A stretch of DNA of 64,000 bases from the human T2T-CHM13v2.0 reference genome, Homo sapiens. This document shows positions 30,157 to 44,837 of the stretch, one piece after another. The position numbers were made by a program, and so were the translations under genes. The notes beneath the pieces were generated by a model, which was given only the letters and a program-made list of their open reading frames with translations, was not told where the DNA came from and did no database searches. Position 1 is the stretch's first letter; every line of letters begins with the position of its first letter. Location of the stretch: assembly GCF_009914755.1 (NCBI RefSeq), contig NC_060929.1; one strand, written 5' to 3'.

Positions 30157-31589
30157 CTAGTCTTTACATTTTATGATCATGGAGGTTGATCTTGTTTATT
30201 GCTCTATTTCCCCTACTCTTTTTCCGAAGCTCGAAATCTTCTTGGTCACTGCTGCATACTAAGAACACTGCTCTTTGTCTGCACTCCCACAATGCATTCT
30301 TGCTTTCTTTCCTCCTTCCCAAAACACTCAAAAACAACTGCTCCCTTGTAGTGTATGTATTGCTTCTAAGCCAAATTTAGTAGAATTTTATAAATACCAA
30401 CAAAGCATGGGAGTGCTGGCAATCTTAACAGGAGGACCATGTGCTTCATTTTGTACAATTAGTCTTTTAGAACTTTATACATATAAATTATTTTTTCTTT
30501 TGCAATATTGCATGAAATACATTGGTGACAAATAGTTCATTTGAAATCAGAAAACATGTATTAGATTTTCATTATCTCAGTTTTACAGCTTGGCTGAGTG
30601 ACTTTATTTGTTATCGTCATCTATAACTTGGGGAGATAATATGCATTTTCCAAAATTTTGATAATGATTAACTGAGAATATGTTTAAGGCATATAAATAT
30701 TGTAGGTGTCCCAAAAAGTCAGTCAATAAATGAGAGCTCCATTTCCACTTTCCCACTTAACATCCTTTCCTGGTAGACTATTTTTTAAATCCTTCTATCT
30801 TCCTAGCCACTTATATATAACTACATATAATACTTCTGCAGCAACCAAAATTAGTCAGGAGCCTAAATGTATAATCTTTTATAGAAGGTTTTGTATATGT
30901 ATGTTTGGTTCATAGGCATATTGATCAATATAGTGTATGGGGGGGTGAATGGAGTTAGAGGTTTTTTTTAATGGAAAGTCAGATATCCAGATATCAAGTT
31001 GTTTCTTATGAATAATAAAATAATAGCTTGAACTATGCACCAGGATATGAATGTGCTATCCTTGGCTGAGGAAGGGCTTGATGCCATTTGTCAAATTTCC
31101 CCCCTCCACCAACTACCACTTTTTTTGTTGATTTGTCTATTATCCTTTGTTGAAGTTGTCTTTCTTTAGAAATATTTTTAAAAGAATTACCTTTTAATCT
31201 TCCTCCTCTCAACTCCAAACCTCTTTTTCTCCTCCTTTGCTCTCTTATTTCCTGATGCCAATGTTCCAGAACAGCACCTGGAAAAAATTACCTTTATAGC
31301 CTGAAGTCCCCTAATATGTAACATAAAATCAATGACTTCTCACATTCTTGGGTAACAAATGGATTAGCAAATTATTCCTGTTCACCATTGCACGGAAAAC
31401 AGTCATACTTTTTTGTGAAATCTTTGTGAAATTTTCCCCAAAGATAAATTTTACTGGTTGCAACAAATAAAACATGCAATGCTTGCAAAGTTCCATGGAA
31501 ATGCTCTCTGACTAAAATTTAAAAAAAAAACAAAATTAGTAAAGCCTGTAGAAGGGAATCATTTCTGATTTTAGCAAATATTTAAAATT

Positions 31590-32820
31590 ATACTGTCAGG
31601 TCACCGAAGCCAAAAACTTGAAATCAGTTGCAACTGCTCTCTTTCTCTTACCCTAGAAGTATAGTTGATAGATCCTGTTGTTACTTTCAAATTTACCAAT
31701 TCTACAAACGTTTATTGTGTCAAATATTGCCCTAAGCACTGGGCAAATAGCCATGAATAAATTGACAAAAATAGTTGCCAGGATAGAGTTTAAATTCTAG
31801 TACATGTGTCTATGGTGGGGGAGGGGGTGAAAGAATGGAACAATCAAATAAATAAGTAAAATCTACAGCATGTCAGAAGGTGATAAATGCTTTGAGGAAA
31901 AATGAATCTTGAAGAAAGTGTTTAGGGACAGCCAGAAAGAATGGGGAGTATCTCACTGCTTCAAGAGCCAGATGGGGATTAGAATCCAGGGATGAAAAAT
32001 GACCTGGGAGTCTCTGGGCTTCTTGTGATGAATGATGTAAATGGGGATAAAGGAAATAATGAGATTTTTTACTCACACGTGAATGGAGAGGATTTCTTGC
32101 CAGGAGCAAGAGAAAGTCTGAGGCATCTTAATAATTCTTGCCAATAGTGATGTGGAGGCCGGGGAAGGGCATTTAAGGAGGGTGTGCAGAATTCCTAGAC
32201 CTTTTCTAGATTCTTGCCATTGAAGTTACTTTCTGGAAACTTTCCCTTCCTCATCATCCTTCCTTGGCCCTGTTCTAATTCAGGCTCACAACAGCTGTGC
32301 CAGGATTTCAGTTTTGCTTCCTGGAGTCCATTTTTTGACACAATCAGTGAAAACTACCGAAAACACAAATTTGGCCATGTTATTCCCCTTCTCCAAGCCT
32401 TTCGTGGTCAAAATCATGAACACAGAATCTGTCTCCTTTCTTTCACCTCATCTCCAGTAGTGCCTGTCTCGTATTTTATGTTTAAATAACACAAATCTGT
32501 TTTTAGTCCTTGTCCCAGAACACTCTGAGTAAGTCTTACGGGCTTCTCTCTGGCCACTCCCTTGATGTGAAATGATCTTTCTGTTTTCCTAACCTGACTA
32601 GACCTTTCTCATCTTTCAAGGCAGCTTCAGTGTCCTCACCTCCAATGTGCATTTCACTAAGCCACATTAACTCAGTGCTACTTCTCAGTGCTACCATTTT
32701 ACTCTGGGCACACATTTTGCATGGTATTTAAAGTCTCATAGACTGTTAGCTCCACAAGGGCCATGTATTATTCATCTAGCACTTCTAGAGCATAGCAAGG
32801 TGTCTCTTAAACAAACCAAT
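31590..32820. mobile_element. Cluster of L2 fragments in both orientations
   Basis: ACAAACGTTTATTGTG...GCCTAAGCACTGGG (antisense) and CTAGCACTTCTAGAGCATAGCAAGGTGTCT (sense) L2-like motifs. Confidence 0.5.
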
Positions 32821-33315
32821 AAGAAATCTGTAGGCTACAGTGAAACCCTGTTTGCTAATGCTGATTTCTAACCTAGAATGCACTGAGAAATTATTTTGAA
32901 TTGTATATATTCACTGTTTTATTTTCTCCAGTTCTCTTTTAGTCCATCAGTGCCATCAGCCCTCTGCATTGGTTCAAAGAGAAGCAGAATTGTTACAAGG
33001 GAATGAGAGGGGGAAAAAGGAAGGATTCGTGTTTGTTTTGTTAACTTCCAAGTTGCATTTTGAAGGATCAAACAAAATGTACATGAAAAATTAAGCACAG
33101 AGTTGGGGCCATAATTATAGAATAGAAAAATGATTTGAGGGGAAATAAGTGCCCCTTTTCCTGTCATTTAAAAGAATGTCAACCTGGGTCATGGGCAGAG
33201 ATGGTGCTTATCTTCGGGGAGAATGGGAGACAGAGAAGAGAGTCCTGATATGTGGTGACTCAATATGCAGGATTGGGGTCAGCCTCAGGGAACTGCCAAG
33301 TATGTTAAGAAATGA

Positions 33316-33714
<399 letters not shown>

Positions 33715-34189
33715 GAAACTGACCTTTTTTGTTCCCACATGAGTCAGTTAATGGGTGTGATGGTGGGTGGATATAAACTCTTAAGTATTTCTGGCTCTCT
33801 AATTCCAGAGACAAAGTGGCTTTAGTAGCCCAAGAGTAGTTCCCCCACAGGATACTGGGTGCTGGCCCCAAGCAGAAGCACATAGATACCTGAGGAGGTA
33901 TACACAGAGGAGCGGAAGGGATCTGAGAGAATCTGGGCAAATCCCTAATAGTGTCTATGGCTACACAGTGGCTGTGCCATACACCGCCATGGACTGTGTA
34001 TACCACACATCTCTAGGATCTCAGTTTAAAGCAATCGTTTTAAAATAAGCAAGTGGTATGAGACCTCGTTAGCCTCCAGAGAGCTCAAGACCTTTGTCAG
34101 ACCCTGAAACACAGCATTTAGTCCTGTGGACTCTTGAGTAGCATTAAGTAGAAAAGAAGGGATGCTGAAAGAGAAAAAAGAAAAGGGCC

Positions 34190-35420
34190 TTAATTGAATA
34201 CCTACAATGTGCCAAAACTACACTAAACAATTTATTTTATATCCTTAATATCATTTAATATTTATAACAATTCTACAACGTGAGATCATCATTCCCACTT
34301 TGAAGAAGAGAATGACCAAGTCTTAGGGAGGTAAGTACATTGCCCAATATTATATAACCAGGGATGAAACACAAATCTTTGCCATCCTAGGCTCCATGTT
34401 CTTTCCATCACACTACTGCTAGCCTCCAAAAGGAGGAGAAAGAAAATGAAAAGGGTATTGAGGGAGATAAAAAGTGAACTAAGCTTCCTTCACAATTTTG
34501 CCTATGCCCAGCTTTTTCTGTTATAATACAAATTATTTTTTTCTGCAAAATCATACATTAATTCCCTCAGTTAATTACTGAATGTCTGCTATATCCTAGC
34601 TATGTCCTGAATCCAATCACTTCTAGGTCATGGGAATTGAATAATAAATAGAACTGCAAAGTTCTACCTTCACAAAATTTCTATTTTCTAGTAGAGGGAG
34701 TATGGGATTTATTATTCACAAATAATGAATAGGTAAATAAGTAAAATAGACATTATGTTAGCTATTGATAAATAAATGGCCAGAGGAGACCTGACTGGTA
34801 TCAGGTTATTTGTGTAAAATTGAGAAATATTTTCAGAGAGAGGGCAAATTTCCAGAAGCAATAACATGTTTTGTATGGCTGAGAATTGCTAAGCAAAGTG
34901 AAGATGTGGGAAGGGAGGATTTGTAACAGTTGAGTTCAAAAAAATAATTGTGACATGGTTGCAGTGGGTGGAGATAAAGAAGTTGAATAAATAGCATCTC
35001 TTAAGCCATAGTCAAGTTATTGGTTTTTACTCTCAGAGGGGAAAACATTCCTTTTTTAAAAAGCAAAGGCGTGGCATGAGCTGACTTATGATTTTAAAAG
35101 AATGTTTCTTGATGCTTTATTGAGACTCTGATACATGACAGAGATGGAAGCATGAATTAATTCAGTTAGAAAGCTAAAGCAATGCTCCAGGCATGAAACA
35201 ACAGAAGTTTATACCAGAATGAAATTCACAGAAGTAAAGAGGAATTATAAACTTCTAAATATTTGTTTTGAATATAGAGATAACAGGATTTTCAGAAGTG
35301 GAATGTAAGAGAAAGAGAGGAGGCAAGGATGATCCCAAGATCACTGAGCTTCATTAACTTAAAGAATGAGGTTGTCATTTAATGAGATAAACTCTAAGAA
35401 AAGAGAATTATTATGCGGAA
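34190..35420 (-). mobile_element. MIR followed by a degraded L2
   Basis: TTAATTGAATACCTACAATGTGCCA...CCCACTTTGAAGAAGAG (MIR); AGAGAGGAGGCAAGGATGATCCCAAGA and TGTCATTTAATGAGAT (antisense L2). Confidence 0.55.
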
Positions 35421-35535
35421 GGGGAGGCAAAGGGAAAGTAACTTTCTTGCTAATTATTGTGGCATGGCTTTACATTTCTTTAGAAAAAGAAATCCTTGAT
35501 GAGTACAAAATAAATAGGTGAAACACCTTTGTGTT

Positions 35536-35660
35536 CTTTTTTCTCCCCTTCCCTCCCTTCTTTCCTTCCTTCCCTCCTCTTTCCTTCCTTCCTCTCCCTC
35601 TCTCTCTCCTTCTTTGCTTCTTTTCTCACTTTCTCCCTCCTCCCTCTCTCCCTCCATCTC
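35536..35660. repeat. CT-rich polypyrimidine low-complexity tract
   Basis: About 120 nt almost entirely C/T. Confidence 0.9.
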
Positions 35661-37773
35661 CATACAACTTTTCTCCGTTTTCAGACATCACTGTGGCCAT
35701 CAATGTGAAAGAGAGGCTGAGGATAGCATTGGGTATAATGTCACTATTGGGAAAATACCCTGGAAGTCTCCCCTCAAAATCAAAAGCAAGATGAGAAGAG
35801 ACATTGTTGGGAAGCTTTTATTCTTTTTTTTTTTTTTTTTTTTTTTTTTTGTAACTCAGTCCATTTTCTTGCTCTGGCTAAAGAGATACTAAAAGTTTTC
35901 AAAGACTACAGTCTTTCTACACCTGTTTTCTTACACACCTCCTGATTTGTCTAAAATATTAAGTTACCCGAATGATACAGCCAATTAGTGGGAGCTATTT
36001 CCAGAAAGAAACAAAAGGGTCGCAAATTCCGTTCTTCTGAATCTCTTCTAATTATTAACAATAAACATTAGTGCATTCTATTATTAGTATGAAAATAATA
36101 ACTAAATGTTATTTTTCTAATATGCATTTTAATTTTTTGATCTTTTGAATCTTTTTTGGAAACTGTTAATTTGCTATGCTATATTACTACACTTACACTG
36201 CTCCCTAAATTTAAAAATGTAAAAAGAAAATAAAAATAGCTAAAAATAATGGGTCTCATGGAAACACATAAGAGTAGAATCTTTTGAAATCTTTTTATAA
36301 AATGTGAGATGCAAAATATAAATCTTGTTTGGGCTTCTTTGGCTATCCAAGGTCAGAAGCAATGTTGGCACTCTTCCAAGCTGCCCACCCCTAGCCTTTG
36401 AGCCCTTTGGGTATCCAGTAGATCAGGACTTATGACTCCTAATGAGTAATGCAGTGGTAGTCAAGCTGTTGCAGATAGGATGGGAATAGCAAAAACCACG
36501 CCTCTCTAATTACAGGCATTAGCCCTCTGGCATTGGAATGCCTTCTAACATTTTAGGTTGGGGGTAGCTAGCTGAAAAATCACAGGAAAAATACAAATCT
36601 GCAGGAGCTGCCAAAGTTGTCCCAGATTCTAGCTTCCAGACAGTCTCTTCCCTATTCTGATGTTGGTATTGACAGTCTGCCTACCTCCTGTGGATGTCAA
36701 AGCCAAGGTTAAGGCCAACGGAAGTGAACAAGCTGTCAGCCTAGCATAAGAAAACAGGTAAGCACATTGTGAAGATGATAGGGAAGACTCCATAATTAGC
36801 AGAAATGTTGGGCAGGAGCTATAGGTCACGACATTAGTGGAAATCTATGAGATCACTCCCTCCTTAATGCTCCCACAGGAAAGCAGAAAAATCAGTACTT
36901 GATGAAACGTCAGCATTTTATGGACCAACTTCCTCTCACCTATACCTTTCAAATGTCTTTCTTTTTTTAGGCTTTACAACCTTTTTATTTTTAAGATAGG
37001 CTCTTTAATGAATGCACTTTATGAACAATGAATCTATTGGCTAGTTAGGAACTAGGCAATATATGATTTAAGTAAATGTAGCTAACTGTGTTAAACTATA
37101 ATAAACTAATTGGAGAAGAAAATTAACAACTGACTGCCAGTTATATCTCATAAAGGCTGAATGACTGAAATATAGCAATAAATTTGCTAAGTGGGTTTCA
37201 ATTCTGAAATACAATTAAAATGTGAAAGGATAAAGCCACAATTTAAAATAATGAGCTAAGATTATAAGTGGATTAAATTGTGTATGCAGATACCATAGAC
37301 TTTACATAACAATAATAGTAACTAATAATTATTAAACTCTTCTTATGTACTAGGCACCTACACTAAACACTTTTATATAAATTATTCATTTTAGTCACAA
37401 AGCAGGCATTTCCATTAGGTGAGTATATATAACTGCTTAGAGAAGTAAGTGGTGAATGTAGGCCTCAAAATTAGATTTTTGTCTGACTGGGTAGTCACTA
37501 CTCTTAATGACAGTTTTCTTAATTTCTTCACAACTGACTCTGAAAAGAGTCAAACTATTGAAGAAACATGAAGTGAAGTGATGGTTTGAGTAAAAACAGT
37601 GATAAACTGAGGAGAAGTATTTGGGTAAGTCCCTCTTCAGTTTGTAATTTGTATTCTAATTGAATTATGTTTAAAGCTCCTTTCCACAAATTTCTCACAG
37701 TTAGTTAGGAAAGAGGTGATTGAAACAAATTCTAATGCATGAGGAAGAAGATATTTTCCCTATCAATACTACA

Positions 37774-37774
<1 letters not shown>

Positions 37775-37817
<43 letters not shown>

Positions 37818-37822
37818 CACAC
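37775..37822. repeat. (CA)n microsatellite
   Basis: AC run with one CG interruption. Confidence 0.95.
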
Positions 37823-37949
37823 TACAATAGCAAATGGGTACTAGCACATATCTTCTTTACACGATGAAAAAGCAGGCTCATTCTCAAATGAAAATAATAA
37901 AGGCTCATTTCTGCTGGATCAGAACTGAAAGCATACTAGTAATGTCAGA

Positions 37950-38820
37950 GTCACCTAGGTAATAAATATAGATGAACCAACTCTGAAACTATTTTAAATA
38001 CGTTGTAGACTGCTCATGTGTTAATGGCTGTTGGGAGTCAGGGTTCTCACTGTGGAAGAAAACACACACATATGAAATAGAGAAAAGCAAGAGAAAAAAC
38101 TTCAGGGATGGATTGGAATTGTAGGGTTCTGTGCAAACTCCTGATTTCTAAAATATGTGTGGCTATGTATATACATGTATATGTGCACATGGAAATGTAT
38201 GTTTGTGTATGTATACTGTATACACTTATGGGTGGGTGTGTGTGTGGTAGAGATGGGGGTGTGTATTTTTTCCTACCTCTGGCTGCTGCAAGGGCCTAGA
38301 GGTAATGTTGCCAGAGTAAAAATAAGCATACACAGTAACCAGATTATATCTTTAATATTACTTTAATTTTTATTATTTAATATTATTTTCATTTTATTAT
38401 ATTTTATAATATTATTAAAAGAATCCTGGCTTCCTCAGAGACATGGCTAATTCCAGGGCTGGGGTAGGAGGGACAGAGGTAGAAGAAGGGCTTGACAGAG
38501 TGTAAGGAAATGCTCAAAAAAATTATATAGGCCCATCACAGGAGCACCAGAACCAGCTTGAATGGGCTCCCACTGAAAACATCTGGGTGTCTTTGAGCAT
38601 CAAAATGATTAAGAATTGTAATAAATTATATGTTTATTTGAAAAAAAGATATATAATAGTGAGAATCAGGAAGAAGGCCTCTTCCCTACACTGAAATGTT
38701 GAGCATGAACTAGTGGGATATTAGTTTGCAATCATTGTAGTAAAGACTGATAAAGGTAAGAATCATCACCGGGGTAAAATTTGAGAAGAAGATATGTGGC
38801 TATCCAATTAAGTAGGGATA
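37950..38820 (+). mobile_element. L1MC-like 3' region fragments
   Basis: AGGGTTCTCACTGTGGAAGAA, GGATGGATTGGAATTG, CAGAACCAGCTTGAATGGGCTCCCACTG typical of L1MC3/4. Confidence 0.55.
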
Positions 38821-41800
38821 TTTTAATACTCTCTTGGGTTTTTCATTTCTTTTTTGTTTGTATGTTTGTTTGTTTGTTTTTTTACACCTCATGGTTCTGT
38901 CAGTCTCAAAATCTGTGTGTATTCATTAAGAATGGATCTCTGGAGGGTAGGGATGAAAGTTAAAATCTTGTAGTTGCCCATGTATTTGAATAGCTTTAGC
39001 ATCCTGTTTAGAAATATGGAACATTTTGTTATTAAATGATAATAATACTGGAAAATGACCATGTAAATTGAATATTCAAGGAAATAATTTTTAAAAATAA
39101 TTTGTTTTGGATTTTCTATTTTAAAAGAAAGTAAAATTTTCAATTTGTTTATTTTGTATGTAACAAGAAATGAGTTTATGAGTTCAAATATGAGCTTATT
39201 TGAACAATGAATGGAGCAAATATTTATTTTTCTTTGTTAATAAATGAAGAAATGATTTTTCCAACACAATTTTATGATACATCAAATGTCTAGGCTTTAT
39301 ATCGCATTTGACTTTCATATCTAAATTACCTCTCAAAAATCACACTTTTATGCATAATAAAGATCAGTGTTTTTTTAAATCAGATATTTTGCTTCTTTGG
39401 TGATCAAAATGTCCTCTTTTGAGGTCCCAACTGTGTTCTCATACAATTTTGGCCAAAAATTTATCTTAGTAAACACACATACACACACACATTTCATTTT
39501 TTTTTCCCCTAAGAATTAGTGTTTTGTTGTATATGTGTGCCTGTTCTAACTACATTATACCCTTGCTGGGTAATAAATTGGCACTGGATTTCACCAGTTG
39601 TCTGGCATTATACTATTGATTCCATGAAATCTTGATGTTGTCAATTTCACATTGTAATCAATTCAGTCTGCACTGCATTGTCCTATTAAAAGCATTCAAC
39701 ATTTTGCAAAACACTGACTGTGTAACCACTAGAGAGAAGGGAAATGTGAATTCAGACTAATTTTATAAACGGTCAATTCACTAACAAATGATGTTGTCTT
39801 GTGATTACTTTTCTTTCCAATTTACATTGTAACCATGTAGACATTGAAAATGAATATTGAGAAATAAGAAGCCTCCATATGACTTCTGGTATGCACTAGT
39901 ATTGCTAGCTATTTGCCTAAGGATTTTGATTCTTTTCCAGGATGCTTTTATCCAGCAATTCTAGCATAGCTGATGTAACACTCTGCTGTGCTAGATCAAA
40001 TCCGGGATGAAGACCAGTAACCTAGTTAATTTGAATGGACATTTAGTTGAAATGGCCATGGCAAGCTAGGGAAGTTCCAGCCACAGGAAAGAGAATAGAA
40101 TAAAGGGCCCCTATAAATTAAGGACAGATTTATACCAAATTGCCAGCTTAAATATCAATACATTCCATCTTCAAAAGAAAACAGTCATTTCTAGTTTCCA
40201 GCCCAGCATGTAAGAAACTTGGAAAATGCCACTCTATCCTAACAAGCAAATAGCTGAACCAACTGAAAAAAGTCAACAACTGTTTTTAGATCCACTAGAG
40301 AAGTAAGGTCACAGAGAAAACTGCTACCCCCACAATTGAAGAGAAAGAAAAGCAAATACAGAGAATCACAACATATCAAAAAAGAAATCCATGAGCAGAA
40401 ACACTGTGGGAACCAGTGCACAGGTCAGAAACCCTAAACTGTAATTGATGAATTGCTGGAGGTTCAGTGTGAACAAATCAGCAAGTTAAAAACTCCAAGG
40501 GGGCTCACTCATGGGCAGTGTCCACACTATTGAAACTTTTCTCTCTAGGAGCTCTACCAGGTTGTCATGGTGAATTTTATAGAAAATCCATTCGTGCTTC
40601 TGGCAGGGGGAAGAAAAAGGAATCATTTTGACATATGCCAGAGCATTAAAAAGCCCTGTCCTTAAGAGAAATTATTTTACCATAGTCCAACCTGCTGGTT
40701 TATATCAGAGCCTAATCTACATGGGGGAAGAAAACTATCCAACTCAGCTGGCTCTAGCCTTCCAAGTGAAAAAAAAAAAAAAAAAAAAAAAAGGAAATAC
40801 TTAACTCCAGCTCCTTCTAGCTGTCCTCTCCCAGTGGGGTGGGAGGGTAGGGGAAGGAATACTGAGAAACATAACCAAGGGCACAAAGTCACCAAAAGAC
40901 TGAATCCTAATTACAGGACTAAAGAAGTTTTCCCATCTCCCAACATCTTACCATTATAATATTAAAGTTTATTTACTGCAGTTCTTTTTACCCAACATAT
41001 AATATCCACCCTCCAAGAAAAAAATCACAAGGCACACTAAAAGGCAAAAATCATCATTTGAAAAGACTAAAATAGTACCTGGACCAGAGGCAGATATGGC
41101 AGGAATGTTGGAATTGTCAGACAAGAATATTTTTTAAATGACGATCGATACTGCCCTGGACTTTAATGAAAAATGCAAGAACAGATGGATAATACAAGCA
41201 GAGAGATGGGAGTCTAACAAAGAACTAAGTGAAATACTAGAATCAAAACATTGTAATAGAAATGAAGGAGGCCATTTGTGAACTTATTAGTAGACTGGAC
41301 ATCACTGAGGAAAGAATCTCTGAAGTTGAGGATATCTCAGTAGAAACCTACAAAGCTAAAAAGCAAAGAGAGAAAAAAAAAACTATTCAAGAACTGTAGG
41401 ACAACTACAAAAGGTATAACATATGCATATGGCAATACCAGAAGTACAAGAAAGAGAAAGAAACAAAAGCAATATCTGAAGCAATAATGACTGAGATTTT
41501 CCCCTAAATAATCAAACTACATCAAACTACAAATCCAGGAGAACCAAAGAAAACCAAACAGATAAATGCCAAAAGTACTACATCTAGGCATAACATATTC
41601 AAATTTCAAAACATCAAAAGATTAAAAAAAATCTAGACAAAAATATAGAAGAAGAAAAGAAAACCTTAACTAGCAAGGAGCAGAGATAAAAATAACATCT
41701 GATTTCTCCTTATAAACCATGCAAGGAAGAAAATAGTGCAGTAAAATATTTAGTGTTCAGAGAAAAAAACAGATGAAACAAACACCAACTTAGAATTCTT

Positions 41801-42149
41801 TACCCTGTGAAATTACACTTGAAAAGTGAAAGAAAATAAATATTTTTTCTCAGACAAACAAAAATTGAAGGAAATTTGTTGTCATTAGATTTACACTCCA
41901 ATACATGTGAAAAGAAGCTGTGCAATACATGTGAAAAGAGAGTTGGAAATAATATATGTTAGAATCTTGAATCTATGTAAGGAAAGGAAGAGCATTGGAG
42001 AAAGAATAAGTGAAGGTAAAACAAAGTTTAAAGTTTCTTATTCCTCGGTTTGTTCAAAATAATTACAGCAACAATGTATTTGATTGTGTATGCTTATTTT
42101 ATGTATATATGTACTTATATGTATATATGTGTGCTTGTTACGTATGCAT

Positions 42150-42155
<6 letters not shown>

Positions 42156-42192
<37 letters not shown>
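42156..42192. repeat. (AT)n microsatellite
   Basis: Uninterrupted TA run. Confidence 0.95.
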
Positions 42193-42195
<3 letters not shown>

Positions 42196-42252
42196 TTATA
42201 TAAAAGTAAATGAATGACATCAAAAATACAAGGGATGGGAGGGAGGAATATA

Positions 42253-42795
42253 GGGCAATCTCCCCTATCCATAAGGCATACATTCCAAAATCCCCAGTGG
42301 ATGCCTAAATCCACATGGCTAGCACCAAATCCTATAGATAGTATGCTTTTTTTTCCTATACATGCATGCCTATGATAAAGTTTTATTTAGAAATTAGGCA
42401 CAATAAGAGGTTAATGATAATAACTAATAATAGAACAATTATAGCAATGTTCCAGCATCTTGACTCTTGTACGTTGGGGTCATTATTAGGTAAAGTAAGA
42501 GTTACTTGAACATAAGCACTATGATGCTGCAACAGTCCATATAATCACCTAGATGGTTACTAAGTGACAAAGGGGTCAGTAGCATATACAGCATGGATAC
42601 GCTGGACAAAGAGGTGATTCATGTCCCGGGGGATGGAGCGGGACAGCACAAGATTTCATCACGATTCATAGTGGCCTGCAATTTAAAACATAAATTCTTT
42701 ATTTCTGGAAATTTCTACTTAATATTTTCAAACTGTGATTTACCACAGATATCTAAAACCGCAGAAAGTGAAACTGCAAATAAAAGGGACTACTA
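42253..42795 (+). mobile_element. MER44 (Tigger-derived, MER44B-like) DNA transposon nested in the L1M
   Basis: CCCCTATCC...ATACATTCCAAAATCCCCAGTGGATGCC start; GAAAGTGAAACTGCAAATAAAAGGGACTACT end; TA flanks. Confidence 0.8.
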
Positions 42796-44193
42796 TATTT
42801 AAAATATATTGTTATTATAAGGTACTTGCAGTAGCCACAAAATAGTATAGTGTTATTTGAAAGACGACTAGGAATAATAGTAAATGTATATTGCAAACTT
42901 GAGGGCAACCACTGGAAAAAGTAAAAGAAAAAAAGTGTAACTGATGTACTAAGAAAGAAGAAAAAAATTAATTTCTTATAAACGCTCAATTAAAGTCACA
43001 AAGGCAGAAAAAGTATGAAATAAGAAAAATGGAACAAAGAATAGGGAAAGAAACATAAAACTAATAAATATGGTAGACAATAATACAGCTATTTCCCTAA
43101 TCACATTAAGTAATAAAGCATTGAAACTATTCTGAATATGGTGGATTCATGTCATTATAAATTTGTCAAAACTCAAAGAATATTCAACTCCAAGAGTGGA
43201 CCCCAATATAAACTATGAACATTGGGTGATCATGATATGTCAATGTAGGTTCATCAATTTTAATAAATGTACCTATATTGTACTGGAGGTTGTACATGTG
43301 TAGTAACAGGGTGTATACAGAAACTCCCTGTACCTTCTGCTCCATTGTTCTGTAAACTTAAAACTGCTCTAAAATAAAGCTTGTTTATCTGAAAAAGAAA
43401 ATGCCATGGGCAGGTTAATGTATTCTATTAAGTTTTATTTATAGATTATTTTAATCAAAGAATATTTGGTAAATATTTCCCATTCACCAAATATTGTGAT
43501 CAACAAATTAAGGGTCATAAAGAGAGAGTGTAAAAATGAAAAAGAGAGTACGAAAGAAGAAACATTGTTTACCTGCATTGTCCAATCTACATTTATAAAA
43601 CACTTATGAAACTTTGATTTCACTGAGCAAATATTTGATATCCAGTGACAAAAACTTTGTTCTTAACATACGGTTACAATAAATGCGTTCAAGTGAAAAA
43701 ACAATTTGGATTGTTTTAACATGTCTCAAATAAGTCATCCATTCACTGAAATTGATGTTTCATTTAATACTGTTTAACAGTTAAGAAGAGAGCCAACTGG
43801 TTAACATGCAGCAGACAAAATTGTTCCCTTGGAGAGGAAAACATTGACTTACACCACTCCAGTGTGAATTGAGGACAAACTGTAAATTGCACAAAGTCAG
43901 GATGAGCTGAATATGCACGTGATTATAAAAACAAACTTCAATTTGTAGACATCTGTCTTGCAAATACGACATAAGGAGCCATTTACTCAAAACTTCACAC
44001 AGCCTAATGCACTGCATTCTTTTAGCAGCTAGAAAATAATGGCCCAACAATCAACTCCCACAAGTCACATGAAGAGTTTAGTGGTTTCAAAGCAAGTAAA
44101 TACAATTATGTCTTACAAAGAGCCACCACAGCCACTAGGAAATGTTTTGATTCAGAGTTTTGAGGCCTATTTATCAGAAAAGAAAAACTGTAT

Positions 44194-44515
44194 TTTGTTT
44201 ATTTATTTATTTATTTATTTATTTATTTTTTTTTGAGACGGAGTCTCACTCTGTCACCCAGGTTGGAGTGCAGTGGTGCGATCTCGGCTCACTGCAACCT
44301 TCCACCTCCTGGGTTCAGGCGATTCTCCTGCCTCAGCCTCCTGAGTAGCTGTGATTACAGGTGCACGCCACCATACCTGGCTAATTTTTGTATTTTTAGT
44401 AGAGATGGGGTTTCACCATGTTGGTCAGGCTGGTGTCAAGCTCCTGACCTCATCATCCACCCACCTCAGCCTCCCAAAGTGCTGGGATTACAAACGTGAG
44501 CTGCTGTGCCCAGCC
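44194..44515 (-). mobile_element. Alu (AluS-like) with TSD AAAACTGTAT
   Basis: Dimeric Alu with (TTTA)n tail; TSD at 44184-44193 and 44516-44525. Confidence 0.94.
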
Positions 44516-44837
44516 AAAACTGTATCATTTTATCTGCAATTACAATCTTCAGATATTTGTAGAATCTACAAATTAAAAATTATTCTTATATTGCCAGTGC
44601 TTCTTTTCCATTTTCAGTGGAATGTTTCTTGGTGTTCATTATAGCATTTCTATTTGGGTTGCATATCAGATCTGTACTCAATTATTTTTTGTAAGTGTCT
44701 AGATAGTTTCATGAGATTGTCAGTTGGATTCCTTATGTAAGACATACTTAATATCATTAATTATTCATTTGTGAACTGTCCTGTGCTCAGCATTATTATA
44801 GGGCTAGATGACATCAAAGAGAATACATTTTTTTCCA

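Larger units (their letters stand above)
40189..43392 (+). mobile_element. Old L1M (L1MD/L1MC-like): 5' UTR, degenerate ORF1 and ORF2 start joined to a 3' end
   Basis: 5' TTCTAGTTTCCAGCCCAGCATGTAAG; ORF1-like TAGTAGACTGGACATCACTGAGGAAAGAATCTCTGAAGTTGA; 3' AAAACTGCTCTAAAATAAAG. Confidence 0.7.

Noticed and set aside
35454-35892. ORFs of 69-124 aa over the CT-rich tract
   Set aside because: Artefacts of simple-repeat composition.
44039-44644. ORFs such as [23 protein letters not shown] (also at 13909, 29222, 29848, 33408, 47876)
   Set aside because: Standard Alu-derived translations, not genes.
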